Below are positions 1-9,996 of a stretch of 64,000 nucleotides of DNA, piece after piece; position 1 is the first letter of the stretch, and each line of letters starts with the position of its first letter. Location of the stretch: positions 200,825-264,824 of the forward strand of contig DATAJX010000002.1 in assembly GCA_036261915.1 (NCBI GenBank), read 5' to 3'. The DNA is from Alphaproteobacteria bacterium (GTDB taxonomy: Bacteria; Pseudomonadota; Alphaproteobacteria; UBA2136; UBA6156). A program made the translations under genes and the position numbers. The notes beneath the pieces were generated by a model that was not told where the DNA came from, did no database searches, and worked only from the letters and a program-made list of their open reading frames with translations.

Positions 1-1086
1 GCCCGCGATGAGCACCGGCGCCCATGCGGCCATGACCACGTTGAGTCTGCCCGCCAGCCCGAACGTGGTGAACAGGTTGATGAGCAGGTAGAACCCGAAG
101 CCCATGCCCACGCCCGCGGCCACCAAACTCCAGACCCCGCCGCCGCGCACGTTGCGCAGGCCCCACGGCACCGCCAGCCAGAACATGGTGAGCAGCAGCG
201 CGGGCAGGGCCCACAGCCGCTGGTATTGCATTTCGTGCGCGCTGCTGGGGAAGCCCGCTTCGCGCAGCACGTTGATGAAACGCCCCAATTCCCAGATGGT
301 GAGCGTGCCCGGCGGGTTGAAGCTGCTCTGGATCATCTGGGGGGTTAGATCGGTGGGAATGGTGACGGAGTCTTCGTGCTTGACCGCCTGGTTGGGGGTG
401 AGCAACGTGGTGTTGCCGAGTTTCCAGAAGCCGGGAATGAGGCTGATGCTTTGCGCGTCGAGCCGGGCCTGGAAATCGCCTTCGGGGCTGAAGAGGAACA
501 CGGTGCCGTTCTTCATGCTTTGGCCGCTGCTTTGCACGTCGCGCGCGGTGATGAAGAAATCGTGGTCTTCCTGACGTTGCTTGAGCCAGATGGCGCCGCC
601 CGATGTGACCACGCCCTTGGCGCTGCCGGGCATGACCTCGGACTGCCAGGCCTCGTAGCGTTTAAGCAGCGTGGCGGCCAGCGGATTGGCCACGAACAGC
701 GCGATGATGCCCGCCAGCGCCACCACCGACATGGGGCCGGTGAGCAGCCGCCACGTGGGCAGGCCTGCGGCGCGGAGGATGGTGATCTCGTTGCTGCGGG
801 TGAGCTGGCGCAGCAGGGCCAGCGTGGCCAGCAGCACCACGAACGGCAGCATGGTGAGGCCGAGGTCGGGCAGGCGGAACAGGCTCATTTTAAGTGCCAT
901 GGCGGCGGAGATGCCGTGGTGGCCGAGGCGGCGCATCATTTCGAGCGCGTCGATGACATATATAAGGGAGGTGAGGCCCGCGAGCACGAACACCAGCATC
1001 CATGCATAACGGCGGGCCAGATACAAACCAAGGGTGGGGCTGGCGTGGCGCGGCTGGGTGAGGCGGGCGGCTTTGGCTTTAGACAT
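1..1086 (-). CDS. lptG: LPS export ABC permease LptG, N-terminal part. The start is at 1086 and the gene runs off the window edge.
   Basis: Minus-strand reading frame is open from the ATG at 1084-1086 to the window start. Its translation (MSKAKAARLTQPRHA...RLGHHGISAAMALKMSLFRLPDLG...) is a YjgP/YjgQ-family permease. It overlaps the lptF stop, the usual lptFG pairing. It is absent from the ORF track only because it is truncated by the edge. Confidence 0.7.
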   Translation of the reverse strand, partial: MSKAKAARLTQPRHASPTLGLYLARRYAWMLVFVLAGLTSLIYVIDALEMMRRLGHHGISAAMALKMSLFRLPDLGLTMLPFVVLLATLALLRQLTRSNEITILRAAGLPTWRLLTGPMSVVALAGIIALFVANPLAATLLKRYEAWQSEVMPGSAKGVVTSGGAIWLKQRQEDHDFFITARDVQSSGQSMKNGTVFLFSPEGDFQARLDAQSISLIPGFWKLGNTTLLTPNQAVKHEDSVTIPTDLTPQMIQSSFNPPGTLTIWELGRFINVLREAGFPSSAHEMQYQRLWALPALLLTMFWLAVPWGLRNVRGGGVWSLVAAGVGMGFGFYLLINLFTTFGLAGRLNVVMAAWAPVLIAG

Positions 1087-2167
1087 AGGTGGGCTCCCGC
1101 AGCAGCCACATGGCCCATAAGGTGGTAAGGATGGGCATGACCCAGAGCAGGATGAACCCGACCTCGCGCCCGCCCTGCAGCAGGCCCTGCCCGGCAGGCA
1201 GCAGCGCAATGTAGAAGACCGCCACCAGCCCGGCTATGCCCAGCCGGCGCGTGGTGTTGGCGCGGCGGTCGGCGCGCTTAAGAATAAGGGCCACGCCCAG
1301 CAGGCACAGCGGCAGCGCGGCCAGCGGCCAGGTGAGGCGGCAGGTGAGTTCGGTGATGGCGTCTTGCCTGATGCGCGGGTTTTCGGTTTGCTTGGAAAGG
1401 CCGATGAGTTCGCCGATGGAGTATTCTTCCATGTCGCGCTGGCGGTCGGTGTTGGCGTGGGCCATTTGCTGCTTGAGGTCGAGCGTATGGGCGGCGAACT
1501 GCAGCATGTTGGTGCCCTTGGCGCCGCTTTCCTGCCGCAAGCCATTGGTGAGCACCAGCCGCGGGAAGCCGTCGGGGCCGAGCACCACTTCGCCGTTTTT
1601 GGCGAACCACGTGACGGTTTTATCGGGGTCGCGTGTATCGTGCACCAGCAGGCCGTTCAGGCGCGTGTCGCTGGTGCGTTGCTTGAGGTAGACCATCAGG
1701 TTGTCGCCCAGCTGGTTGAAGGCACCTTCTTCGAGCAGGATCTCGCCGTCCATGGTGCGGAGGCGGTTTTGTAATTCCTTAAAGCCGGTAATGGCCGGCG
1801 GCAGAACCCAGAACGAAATGCTGTAGGCCAGCATGACGCCCAGGATTCCCCACATGGCGGCCGGAATGGCGAGGCGCCAGCGCGGCCAGCCGGAGGCGGC
1901 CAGTATTAAATACTCGTTATCGTCGACCCAGCGTCGCGCGGCTGCGGCCACGCCCGCGAACAGCGCCAGCGGCAGCACGATGAGCAACAGGCGCGGCACC
2001 AGCAGCACCGTAAGTTGCAGGAACGTACCGAGGCCAAGGCCTTTGTTGATGACGAAATCGAGGAAGGTCATGGACTGCTGCAGCCAGATGATGCCGAGCA
2101 GCACGGCCAGCGCCAGGATTGTGGGCTTGATCAGCTCGGTCGCAAAATAGCGCGGTAGGGTTTGCAC
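1079..2167 (-). CDS. lptF: LPS export ABC permease LptF (YjgP/YjgQ family).
   Basis: 362-aa polytopic membrane protein starting MQTLPRYFATELIKP. It is divergent from pepA-holC, the conserved pepA-holC / lptF-lptG arrangement. Confidence 0.8.
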   Translation of the reverse strand: MQTLPRYFATELIKPTILALAVLLGIIWLQQSMTFLDFVINKGLGLGTFLQLTVLLVPRLLLIVLPLALFAGVAAAARRWVDDNEYLILAASGWPRWRLAIPAAMWGILGVMLAYSISFWVLPPAITGFKELQNRLRTMDGEILLEEGAFNQLGDNLMVYLKQRTSDTRLNGLLVHDTRDPDKTVTWFAKNGEVVLGPDGFPRLVLTNGLRQESGAKGTNMLQFAAHTLDLKQQMAHANTDRQRDMEEYSIGELIGLSKQTENPRIRQDAITELTCRLTWPLAALPLCLLGVALILKRADRRANTTRRLGIAGLVAVFYIALLPAGQGLLQGGREVGFILLWVMPILTTLWAMWLLREPTYV

Positions 2168-2255
2168 CAGCGTAACCTAATCGCGCTTGCGGGCCACCGC
2201 AAGCCTGTGGCATTTTGCGGACAATAATTATTTGTTTAAAAATTCAGGAGAAAAA

Positions 2256-3818
2256 ATGTTTTCACTCAAATTCGGCCGCATTACCCCGTTAGCCATGAAA
2301 AAAAATGTGATTGTGTTTGCCGAGAACGGACAAAAATTGCTGGGCGGCGGCGCTATTTTGGACAAGGTGTGCAAGGGCGGCATTAAAAAGAGTTTTAGGG
2401 CCGGGCGTTTTACCGGCGGTGCTGGCGAGCTGACCCGCACCGTGATGGGTGAGTTGAATGTGATTGTGGGCGGTGTGGGCAAAGCCAAAGGTATGGAGCG
2501 CAAAAACTGGTGGAAGGCCGGCATGGGGTTAGGCCGCCAGATCGATGCGCTGGGCTGGCGCGAAGCCACCATTGCACTGGGCGACGTAGGTACCGTTGAA
2601 GAACAGGTGGCTGCCGGGAGCGCGCTGGCCGAAGGCGTGCAGATGGCGATGTACCGGTTTGAACAGTATCGCAGCGAGTTGAAGGCCCACCAGCGTGGCA
2701 AGTTTGAGAAGCTGACGGTTTTGGTGGGTGGCACTGCCGCCAACCGTTTGAACGCGGGCAGCAGGAACATTGAAAACCTGCTGGACAGCGTGGATGTGAC
2801 CCGTAACGCGGGTAATACGCCGCCCAATGTGGCCAACCCGCAGTTTTTGGCCGATGAGGCCCTGAAACTGGAAAAGCTGGGCGTGAAGGTGACGGTGATC
2901 GATGAAAAGGAAATGAAGAAGCTCGGCCTGAACCTGATTCTGGCCGTGGGCGGCAACGCCGAAGCGAAAGATCAGCCGCGCCTGGTGATCATGGAATATA
3001 ACGGCGGCGGCAAGAATGCCGAGTGCACCGCGCTGGTGGGCAAGGGCATTTGCTTTGATACCGGCGGTTACAACATTAAGGTTGGCGGCTTTATGGGCGG
3101 CATGAAATTTGACATGAGCGGTGCCGGGGCCGTGCTGGGGACCATTAGGAGCTTGGCCACCCGCAAGAGCAAGGTGAACGTGGTGGGGGTGATGACCTGC
3201 GCCATGAACATGATTGCCGGGCAGGCGTTTGTGCCGGACAGCATTTACAAGAGTTACAAGGGTGTGATGGTGGAGATCGGCAACACTGACGCCGAAGGGC
3301 GTTTGGTGCTGGCCGATGCGGTTGCTTACACCATTGAGAAGTACCAGCCTGCGCGGTTGATCGATTTGGCCACGTTGACCGGGGCCTGCATGGTGGCGTT
3401 GGGCGGGGCTTATGCCGGGTTGTTCTCCAACAACCAGAGCCTGGCCAAGCAGTTGCGCGATGCCGGTGAGCGCACCGGTGAGCGCCTGTGGCGGTTGCCT
3501 TTGGAAAAAGGCTATTTGAATAAGAGCAGTGTGGCGGATATTTCCAACGACAGCATGCGCTATGGCGGGGCGACCGCCGGGGCGGAGTTCATTTGGAAGT
3601 TTGTGGACAAGACCCCCTGGGCCCACCTGGACATTGCCGGGGTGGCCAATGTTGAAAAGGGCGTGCCCGGTGCGCATGGCGAATTGAGCGGCGCCAGCGG
3701 ATTTGGCGTGCGGTTGCTGACCAGCCTGCTGGAAGACACGTTTGGCGGCGCGCCTGAAGTGGCGAAAGTTGCCGTGGTGAAAACCGGCAAGCGCGGACGC
3801 CCGCGCAAGGCTGCCTAG
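2256..3818 (+). CDS. pepA: Leucyl aminopeptidase, M17 family.
   Basis: NTDAEGRLVLADAV metal-binding signature, plus GGxxxK and MKxDMSGAG motifs. Start placed at the ATG at 2256, which has an AGGAG RBS. The track ORF begins upstream at 2187. Confidence 0.9.
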   Translation: MFSLKFGRITPLAMKKNVIVFAENGQKLLGGGAILDKVCKGGIKKSFRAGRFTGGAGELTRTVMGELNVIVGGVGKAKGMERKNWWKAGMGLGRQIDALGWREATIALGDVGTVEEQVAAGSALAEGVQMAMYRFEQYRSELKAHQRGKFEKLTVLVGGTAANRLNAGSRNIENLLDSVDVTRNAGNTPPNVANPQFLADEALKLEKLGVKVTVIDEKEMKKLGLNLILAVGGNAEAKDQPRLVIMEYNGGGKNAECTALVGKGICFDTGGYNIKVGGFMGGMKFDMSGAGAVLGTIRSLATRKSKVNVVGVMTCAMNMIAGQAFVPDSIYKSYKGVMVEIGNTDAEGRLVLADAVAYTIEKYQPARLIDLATLTGACMVALGGAYAGLFSNNQSLAKQLRDAGERTGERLWRLPLEKGYLNKSSVADISNDSMRYGGATAGAEFIWKFVDKTPWAHLDIAGVANVEKGVPGAHGELSGASGFGVRLLTSLLEDTFGGAPEVAKVAVVKTGKRGRPRKAA

Positions 3819-3820
3819 TT

Positions 3821-4267
3821 TTGGAAGCGCGTTTTTACCAGGTGGGCGGGCAGCTTCCGGCCGATGTGGATGCCGTGCTGCCCGGATTGCTGGACAAGAT
3901 AACCAGTACCGGCAAGCGTGTGCTGCTGATTGTCGCCGATACCGCCGTGGCCCGGCTGGATGAGCGTTTATGGCCTGCGGGCAGCGCCTTTTTGCCCCAT
4001 GGCAAGATGGGTGAGGGGGATGAGGACCGTCAGCCCATATTATTGGCCGGGGTGGGGCAGGCGGCCGGGCAGGTGGGCGAGCGCCTGCCCGTGATTACCG
4101 CCGGGGCCGAGGAAGCCTTTGAAATACCTGCCGAAAGTATTGTTTACCTGTACCACGCCGCCGTGGCCGACAATGCCGCCAGGCGATTGGCCGGGTTGCA
4201 GGAGAAAGGATGGCGGGTGAGCCTTTTTGAGCAAACCGCGCAAGGTTGGCGTAAGCAAAGTATCTGA
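3821..4267 (+). CDS. holC: DNA polymerase III chi subunit.
   Basis: 148 aa starting MEARFYQ...KRVLLIV..ERLW, consistent with the HolC family, and immediately downstream of pepA as in other proteobacteria. Confidence 0.75.
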   Translation: MEARFYQVGGQLPADVDAVLPGLLDKITSTGKRVLLIVADTAVARLDERLWPAGSAFLPHGKMGEGDEDRQPILLAGVGQAAGQVGERLPVITAGAEEAFEIPAESIVYLYHAAVADNAARRLAGLQEKGWRVSLFEQTAQGWRKQSI

Positions 4268-4329
4268 AACTACTTGACAGTTTAGGTGTACTCGGACAAA
4301 AACCGCCCTATTAATGGAAGCAAAGCCCC

Positions 4330-4875
4330 ATGGCCACCCGCAAAAAACCCGCTAAACCCGCCGCCAAAAAAGCGGCCAAAAAGCCTGCCAGCAAGCCTGT
4401 GAAGGCCGCTGCCAAAAAGGCAGCCAAGCCGGCTGTTGTGGCTCGCAAGAAGGAACGTACCCTCAGCATCATCAAGCCCGATGCCGTGGCGAAGCACGTG
4501 ATCGGCCGTATTCTGGCCCGTTTTGAGAACGCCGGGTTGAAGGTTGCCGGTTTGAAGATGATGCACTTCAGCGACAAGCAGGCCAAAGCCTTTTACGCTG
4601 AACACAAGGCCCGCCCGTTTTTTGGCGAACTGGTAAGCTTTATGACCAGCGGCCCCTGCGTGGTTCTGGTGCTGGAAGGCGATGATGCGATCATCAAGAA
4701 CCGCGTGCTGATGGGCGCCACCAACCCGATGAAGGCCGAGCCGGGCACTTTGCGCTATGACTTTGCGCTGCCCTGCACCGATCTGAGCGCCAATGCCGTT
4801 CACGGCAGCGACAGCCCGGCGGCCGCCAAGCGTGAAATCGCCAGCTTTTTCAAGGCTGCGGAGCTGGTCGGTTAG
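4330..4875 (+). CDS. ndk: Nucleoside diphosphate kinase with a K/A-rich N-terminal extension of about 40 aa.
   Basis: Core sequence [12 protein letters not shown]...NAVHGSDS matches the Ndk active-site region. An in-frame [24 protein letters not shown] repeat precedes it. An alternative internal GTG start near 4438 would give a canonical-length Ndk. Confidence 0.85.
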   Translation: MATRKKPAKPAAKKAAKKPASKPVKAAAKKAAKPAVVARKKERTLSIIKPDAVAKHVIGRILARFENAGLKVAGLKMMHFSDKQAKAFYAEHKARPFFGELVSFMTSGPCVVLVLEGDDAIIKNRVLMGATNPMKAEPGTLRYDFALPCTDLSANAVHGSDSPAAAKREIASFFKAAELVG

Positions 4876-4898
4876 TTTTTTTACCAGCGTGACTTAAT

Positions 4899-5753
4899 TT
4901 GGCGCCAACCCCCTTGGCGCCTTTTTTTGCGCGGCGTAGGGTGATGCTTATGTGGCGCTTTGCTGTTTGTATGATGTTGCTTTCCGGTTCTGCGATGGCG
5001 CAGCCGGTGCCGATTTCGAGCGAGGATGTCGCCCCGCTGCCCAACATTGGCACCAGGCCGGTGGTGGTGGTAAGCCCCGCCGCGTTGCCGCTGACGCCCG
5101 CCTTACCGGTTTTGGCCACGATGCCTGCGGCGAGCCCGACATCGATCGCCAGCTATTTTGTGCCCGGGCTGGTGGTGGAGCTTCCGGCTGTGGGCATTAG
5201 CAGCACGTTGCGCGACATGGCGCTGGTGCAGGCCGCCCGCGAGGGACTTGGCCGCGTGCTGGCCAACGCCGAGCCGCCGCTGGACATTGCCACCCAGACC
5301 CGGCTGGTGCAGGCCGCCCGCGACCCCATGGGGCTGGTGAAGGATTACCGCATTGCCGAGGAAGTGTTGAACCCAAGCTACACGCTGACCGTGGATATGA
5401 CCTATCGCCCCGAGGCGGTGATGGCGTTGCTGGAGGTGAAGCCCGAACCCCCCGCGCAGGCCGCCGCCCCGGTGACGCTGGCCGATGCGCTGGCGGTGAG
5501 CGCCAGCGTGAGTGAGACCGCTGCGCCGGTGCCGGGCATTGTGCTGCGGGTGAACGGCAACGCGGCCGCACAGGACCGCGTGATGAAGACCTTGCGCGCC
5601 CAGGGCCTGCCCGCCGTGTATAGCCGCATTACGGTGGAAGGCGCCGAAATGAACGTGCCCAATGCCAATGCCGACACCCTGGCCGCCCAGCTGCGGGCCA
5701 AGGGCATGGCGGTTGACGTGGCGGCTGACGGCGGCGTTGACGTTCATTTTTAA
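4899..5753 (+). CDS. Hypothetical secreted Pro/Ala-rich protein.
   Basis: Signal-peptide-like MLMWRFAVCMMLLSGSAMAQP, so the likely start is an internal Met near 4944-4950. No recognisable catalytic motif. Confidence 0.5.
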   Translation: MAPTPLAPFFARRRVMLMWRFAVCMMLLSGSAMAQPVPISSEDVAPLPNIGTRPVVVVSPAALPLTPALPVLATMPAASPTSIASYFVPGLVVELPAVGISSTLRDMALVQAAREGLGRVLANAEPPLDIATQTRLVQAARDPMGLVKDYRIAEEVLNPSYTLTVDMTYRPEAVMALLEVKPEPPAQAAAPVTLADALAVSASVSETAAPVPGIVLRVNGNAAAQDRVMKTLRAQGLPAVYSRITVEGAEMNVPNANADTLAAQLRAKGMAVDVAADGGVDVHF

Positions 5754-5773
5754 CCCCTAAAGCGGGGCGGCCT

Positions 5774-6409
5774 GTGCTAGAAAAGCGCATGGCGCAGATG
5801 GTGCTTGAGTTTCCACACATGGCCGATTATTCGGCGGCGAGTTTTTTACCCACGCAGGGCAGCGAGGTGGCGCGCAAGGTGTTGCAGGATTTCGAGCGCG
5901 GCATTTTATGTGTGTGGGGTGCACCGGGCAGCGGCAAGACCCATTTGCTGGAAGTGTGGGCCGCCCGGCATGGGATTGAAGTGAATAAATTTAACGATGG
6001 GCCGTTTTCGGCACTGGATGATTTGCAGGATTTGGACCGGGATGATCAGGAAAGGTTGTTCCACTGGTTGAACGGTGGGGGCAAAACCGGTGCGCTGGTG
6101 GTGGCCAGCCGGAAGCCCGTGGTTGACTTGCAGGGATTGCTGCCCGATGTGCGCAGCCGGTTGAGTGCCGGGCAGGCCGTTGAGCTTTTGCCGCCGAGCG
6201 AGGACGAGCTGGGGCAGGTGGCGGGCAAGTGGGCCACCGACCGGCAGTTGGTGCTGGGGCCGGGCGTGCTGGAATTTGTGCTGGCGCGTGCCGAGCGCAG
6301 CGTGCCCGCATTGCGCGACCTGGTGGAGCGCCTTGACCGCCTGAGCCTTGAGGAAAAGCGCGGCATTACCGTGCCTTTGGCGCGCAAGGTGTTGAGTGAT
6401 TCTTTATAA
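5774..6409 (+). CDS. hdaA: DnaA-related regulatory inactivator Hda/HdaA.
   Basis: Short DnaA-like AAA+ module with a Walker A (GAPGSGKTHLL) and a length near 210 aa. The exact start is uncertain. Confidence 0.65.
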   Translation: MLEKRMAQMVLEFPHMADYSAASFLPTQGSEVARKVLQDFERGILCVWGAPGSGKTHLLEVWAARHGIEVNKFNDGPFSALDDLQDLDRDDQERLFHWLNGGGKTGALVVASRKPVVDLQGLLPDVRSRLSAGQAVELLPPSEDELGQVAGKWATDRQLVLGPGVLEFVLARAERSVPALRDLVERLDRLSLEEKRGITVPLARKVLSDSL

Positions 6410-6429
6410 AGAATAAGCTAAAAAGAAGT

Positions 6430-7824
6430 ATGAAAAAAATAACGGCGATTGTTTTGATGGTGATGCTGGCGGTGGCGGGTTCGGGCCACGCGCAGGCACG
6501 CGACGGGTTGGGTTTGCGCGTGAGTTTCCATAGCGCGGTGCAGGCCGCCATGCCCGCCGTGGTGAGCATATACACCAGTAAACTGGCCGCCAAGAAAGTG
6601 GCCGAAGGCAAGCCGGGTTACCCCGATGAGATTAGGGACAAGCTGCTGCGCGGGCAGGGCGCCCCGGTGCGCGACAAAATTGAACGCAGCCTGGGGAGCG
6701 GCGTGTTGATCGACGGCAGCGGCGTGGTGGTGACCAACCGCCACGTTATTGAAGACACCGTGGACATGACCGTGGCGTTGGGTGACGGGCGCGAATTCAA
6801 GGTTGAGAGCGTGCGCAGCGACGAGCGGCTTGACCTGGCGGTATTGAAGCTGAAGGTGCCGCAGGGCACGCGGCTGCCGGTGGTGAAATTCGGGAACAGT
6901 GACAGCCTGCAGGTGGGTGACGTGGTGCTGGCGCTGGGCAACCCTTACGGCATTGGCCAGAGCGTGACCATGGGCGTGGTGAGCGCCGTGAACCGTAGTG
7001 CCGCCAAGCTGAGCCCGTACGGGCAGTTCATTCAGACCGATGCTGCGATCAACCCCGGCAACAGCGGTGGTGCGCTGGTGGACAGCAGCGGCGCGTTGAT
7101 CGGCGTGAACACCGCGATTTATACCCGCAACGGCGGCAACCAGGGCATTAGTTTTGCGATACCGGCCAACCTTGTGGCGCGTGCCGCGCGCGACCTGGTG
7201 ACCACCGGCAGTGTGCGCCGCCCGTGGCTGGGTGCCGAAGGCGAGACCGTGAGCGAGGCGCTGGCGAACCGTATTGGCCTGAGCCCCGCGCGCGGCGTGC
7301 TGGTGCAAAGCGTGATGCCCGACAGCCCTGCCGCGATGGCGGGGTTGCGCGTGACCGATATTATTCTGGCGTTTGACGGCCAGCCCGTGGCCGACCCCGC
7401 GCAATTGGGCGACCGTTTGGTGAGCGTGGCCGACAAGATAGGGACCCGCGTGCCCATGACCATTTGGCGCGAGGGCGACCAGCGGACGCTGGATATCGGT
7501 CTGACCAGTTTGCCGCCGCGCAACCCGGCGCTTCAGAAAAAGATGAAGGGGTACACCCCGCTTTCGGGCAGTACTGTGGAGCAGTTGAGCACGACATTGA
7601 ACGCGGAGATGGGTTGGCCGCTGGCCACGCAGGGCGTGGTGGTGGTGGCCACCGGCGACACCGGCGACGTGGATTTGCAGCCGGGCGACTTGCTGATCAG
7701 CATCGACAAGCAGCCGGTGAAGAACGTGAACGAAGTGCAGGGCCTGCTGGATGCGGTGCACCGCACGTGGGAGCTGCGTTACCAGCGCGGGCCGAAGGTG
7801 CTGAAGGCGACGATCAGCCGATAA
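6430..7824 (+). CDS. Periplasmic serine endoprotease, DegP/HtrA family.
   Basis: Signal peptide, trypsin-like catalytic triad region (TNRHV, GNSGGALVD) and two PDZ-like C-terminal domains. Confidence 0.9.
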   Translation: MKKITAIVLMVMLAVAGSGHAQARDGLGLRVSFHSAVQAAMPAVVSIYTSKLAAKKVAEGKPGYPDEIRDKLLRGQGAPVRDKIERSLGSGVLIDGSGVVVTNRHVIEDTVDMTVALGDGREFKVESVRSDERLDLAVLKLKVPQGTRLPVVKFGNSDSLQVGDVVLALGNPYGIGQSVTMGVVSAVNRSAAKLSPYGQFIQTDAAINPGNSGGALVDSSGALIGVNTAIYTRNGGNQGISFAIPANLVARAARDLVTTGSVRRPWLGAEGETVSEALANRIGLSPARGVLVQSVMPDSPAAMAGLRVTDIILAFDGQPVADPAQLGDRLVSVADKIGTRVPMTIWREGDQRTLDIGLTSLPPRNPALQKKMKGYTPLSGSTVEQLSTTLNAEMGWPLATQGVVVVATGDTGDVDLQPGDLLISIDKQPVKNVNEVQGLLDAVHRTWELRYQRGPKVLKATISR

Positions 7825-7825
7825 G

Positions 7826-9172
7826 ATGGCGCCGAAGAAAAAGCCCCCGGTTGATCTGCCCGACCTGCCTTTAGGGGCCGGGGTGCCGTTGCCGCCGCTG
7901 GCCGAACGGTTGCGTCCGCAGACTTTGGGTGAGGTTGTGGGGCAGGAGAATTTAGTTGGCCCGGACGGGCTTTTGACGCGGCTGGTTGATGCGGGGGTTC
8001 CGCAGAGTTTGATCTTTTGGGGGCCTCCGGGCAGTGGCAAGACCACGCTGGCGCGGCTGTATGCGCAGGCCTTTGATGCCGAATTTGTGCCGTTGAGTGC
8101 CGTGACCGCCGGTGTGGGTGAGGTTCGTGCCGCTGTTGAAACCGCCCGCATGATGCAGGGGCAGGGACGGCGGACGGTGTTGTTTCTGGATGAGATCCAC
8201 CGCTTTACCCGCGCGCAGCAGGATGTGCTGTTGCCGCACGTGGAGGGTGGATTGTTTGTGCTGCTGGGTGCCACCACCGAGAACCCGAGCTTTGCGCTGA
8301 CCAGTGCGTTGCTTAGCCGCGCGCAGGTGGTGGTGGTGGCCGCGCTGGATGAGAAGCAGTTGCTGGAAATTTTAAACCGGGCCGATGCCATGTTGGGCGG
8401 ATTGCCGGTGAGCGATGACGCCCGCGCCGCGCTGGTGGACATGGCGCATGGCGATGCGCGTTACCTGTTGAACCTAGTGGAAACGTTGGGCGCAGCGGTG
8501 CGGGGCAAGAAGTATGCGAAGCCTTTGGATGCCAGCGAGGTGGCGGCGTTGATGCCTGCGCGCGCTGCGCATTATGACCGCGCCGGGGATTGGCATTACG
8601 ACCTGATATCGGCCCTGCACAAGAGTGTGCGCGGGAGCGACCCGGATGCGGCGCTGTATTGGCTGGCGCGGATGCTGAACGGTGGTGAGGACGGGCTTTA
8701 CCTGGCGCGGCGTTTGATTCGCATGGCGGTGGAGGATGTGGGCTTGGCCGACCCTCAGGCGCTGACGCTGGCTGTGGCGGCGCGGGATACCTTCCAGATG
8801 CTGGGCAGCCCCGAGGGTGACCTGGCGCTGGCCGAAGCCGCGATTTACATGGCGTTGGCGCCCAAGAGCAATGCGACCTATGTGGCGTTTGGCGAAGCGA
8901 AAAGACTGGCCGCCGAGACCGCGCACACCGCGCCGCCCAAGCACATTGTGAACGCGCCCACCAAGCTGATGAAGGAGCTGGGGCATGGCAAGGGTTATGA
9001 CTACGACCACAATGCGCCGGATGCTTTTAGTGGGCAGGATTACTTCCCCGTTGAAGTGAGCGCGAATGGTGTTGGGCGGCCGGAATGGTACCAGCCCGTG
9101 GAGCGCGGATTTGAACGCGAGATGAAAAAACGCGTGGATTATTTTGCCAAGTTGAGGAGCCAGCGTTCGTGA
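7826..9172 (+). CDS. rarA: Replication-associated recombination protein A (MgsA/RarA), AAA+ ATPase.
   Basis: Walker A GPPGSGKTTLARL, Walker B LFLDEIHRF, and a MgsA C-terminal region. The N-terminus is K-rich (MAPKKKPP). Confidence 0.9.
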   Translation: MAPKKKPPVDLPDLPLGAGVPLPPLAERLRPQTLGEVVGQENLVGPDGLLTRLVDAGVPQSLIFWGPPGSGKTTLARLYAQAFDAEFVPLSAVTAGVGEVRAAVETARMMQGQGRRTVLFLDEIHRFTRAQQDVLLPHVEGGLFVLLGATTENPSFALTSALLSRAQVVVVAALDEKQLLEILNRADAMLGGLPVSDDARAALVDMAHGDARYLLNLVETLGAAVRGKKYAKPLDASEVAALMPARAAHYDRAGDWHYDLISALHKSVRGSDPDAALYWLARMLNGGEDGLYLARRLIRMAVEDVGLADPQALTLAVAARDTFQMLGSPEGDLALAEAAIYMALAPKSNATYVAFGEAKRLAAETAHTAPPKHIVNAPTKLMKELGHGKGYDYDHNAPDAFSGQDYFPVEVSANGVGRPEWYQPVERGFEREMKKRVDYFAKLRSQRS

Positions 9173-9996
9173 ATATTTTAATTCTGCCCGGCGTGAACAG
9201 CGGCACCTATTTGTTTGAAGGTGTGGACAAGCTGTTCAAGGACGATGAAGTGCTGGTGCTGAACCCGCCCGGCGTGGGCAAGCCGCCGATGCTGGAGTTG
9301 AAGCTGCCCTTCACCCCCAAGGCCTATGCACGTGAGGCGTTGAAGATTGTGGAAAACAGCGGGTGGGACAGGTTTGTTTTGATCGGCCACAGCATGGGCG
9401 GTTATGCCGCGCAGGAGCTGGCCATGATGGTACCGCAGAAAATTGAAAAACTGGTGCTGGTGAGCACCAGCGCCGGGCAGCCCGCCACCACCCGCGACGT
9501 GGCCGCCATGCCCGCCAAACTGAAGATGAGTTTTTGGGAAATGAACCAGATGATCGAGAAGAACCCGGTTGAAGGCATGAAGCCGATGTTCGGCAGCAGG
9601 TTCATCAGCCACCAGCGGCATGCGTATGAGGCGTTTATCAAGGCCCGCGCCGCCAACCTGCCGACGCATACGGTGAGTTTGGCGCACCTGACCGCGGGCG
9701 GGACATTCAGCAGCATGGCGTGGATACGCCGGTTGAACGTGCCCGCGCTGGTGGTGCACGGCAGCGACGATGTGCTGGTGACGGCCGCCAGCGGCAAGCA
9801 GCTGGCCAGCTTGATGCCGGACGCACAGTATATTGAGATGCACGGGGTGGGACACTTCCCCATGCTGGAGCACCCCGATTTTTGGCGTTATGTGAAAGAC
9901 TTTTTGGCCGGCAACGGTGCCGGGCAGAAAGTGGCGCCGCTGCCTGTGGGCGGGTTCTGGTCGAAACTGAAAGAGGTGCTGACGCGTCATGGCTAG
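9169..9996 (+). CDS. Alpha/beta-fold hydrolase.
   Basis: GHSMGG nucleophile elbow and a downstream His. GTG start overlapping the rarA stop. Confidence 0.7.
   Translation: MNILILPGVNSGTYLFEGVDKLFKDDEVLVLNPPGVGKPPMLELKLPFTPKAYAREALKIVENSGWDRFVLIGHSMGGYAAQELAMMVPQKIEKLVLVSTSAGQPATTRDVAAMPAKLKMSFWEMNQMIEKNPVEGMKPMFGSRFISHQRHAYEAFIKARAANLPTHTVSLAHLTAGGTFSSMAWIRRLNVPALVVHGSDDVLVTAASGKQLASLMPDAQYIEMHGVGHFPMLEHPDFWRYVKDFLAGNGAGQKVAPLPVGGFWSKLKEVLTRHG

Noticed and set aside
376-1128. 250-aa plus-strand ORF and neighbours at the window start.
   Set aside because: They overlap the minus-strand lptG frame that gives a clean YjgP/YjgQ permease translation.
2187-2255. Upstream extension of pepA from the first in-frame start.
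   Set aside because: The AGGAG RBS sits immediately before the ATG at 2256, and the extension lacks conservation-like features.
6418-8442. 674-aa minus-strand ORF spanning degP/htrA and rarA.
   Set aside because: Antisense to two well-supported genes. Low-complexity Ala/Arg/Pro-rich translation typical of GC-driven spurious frames.
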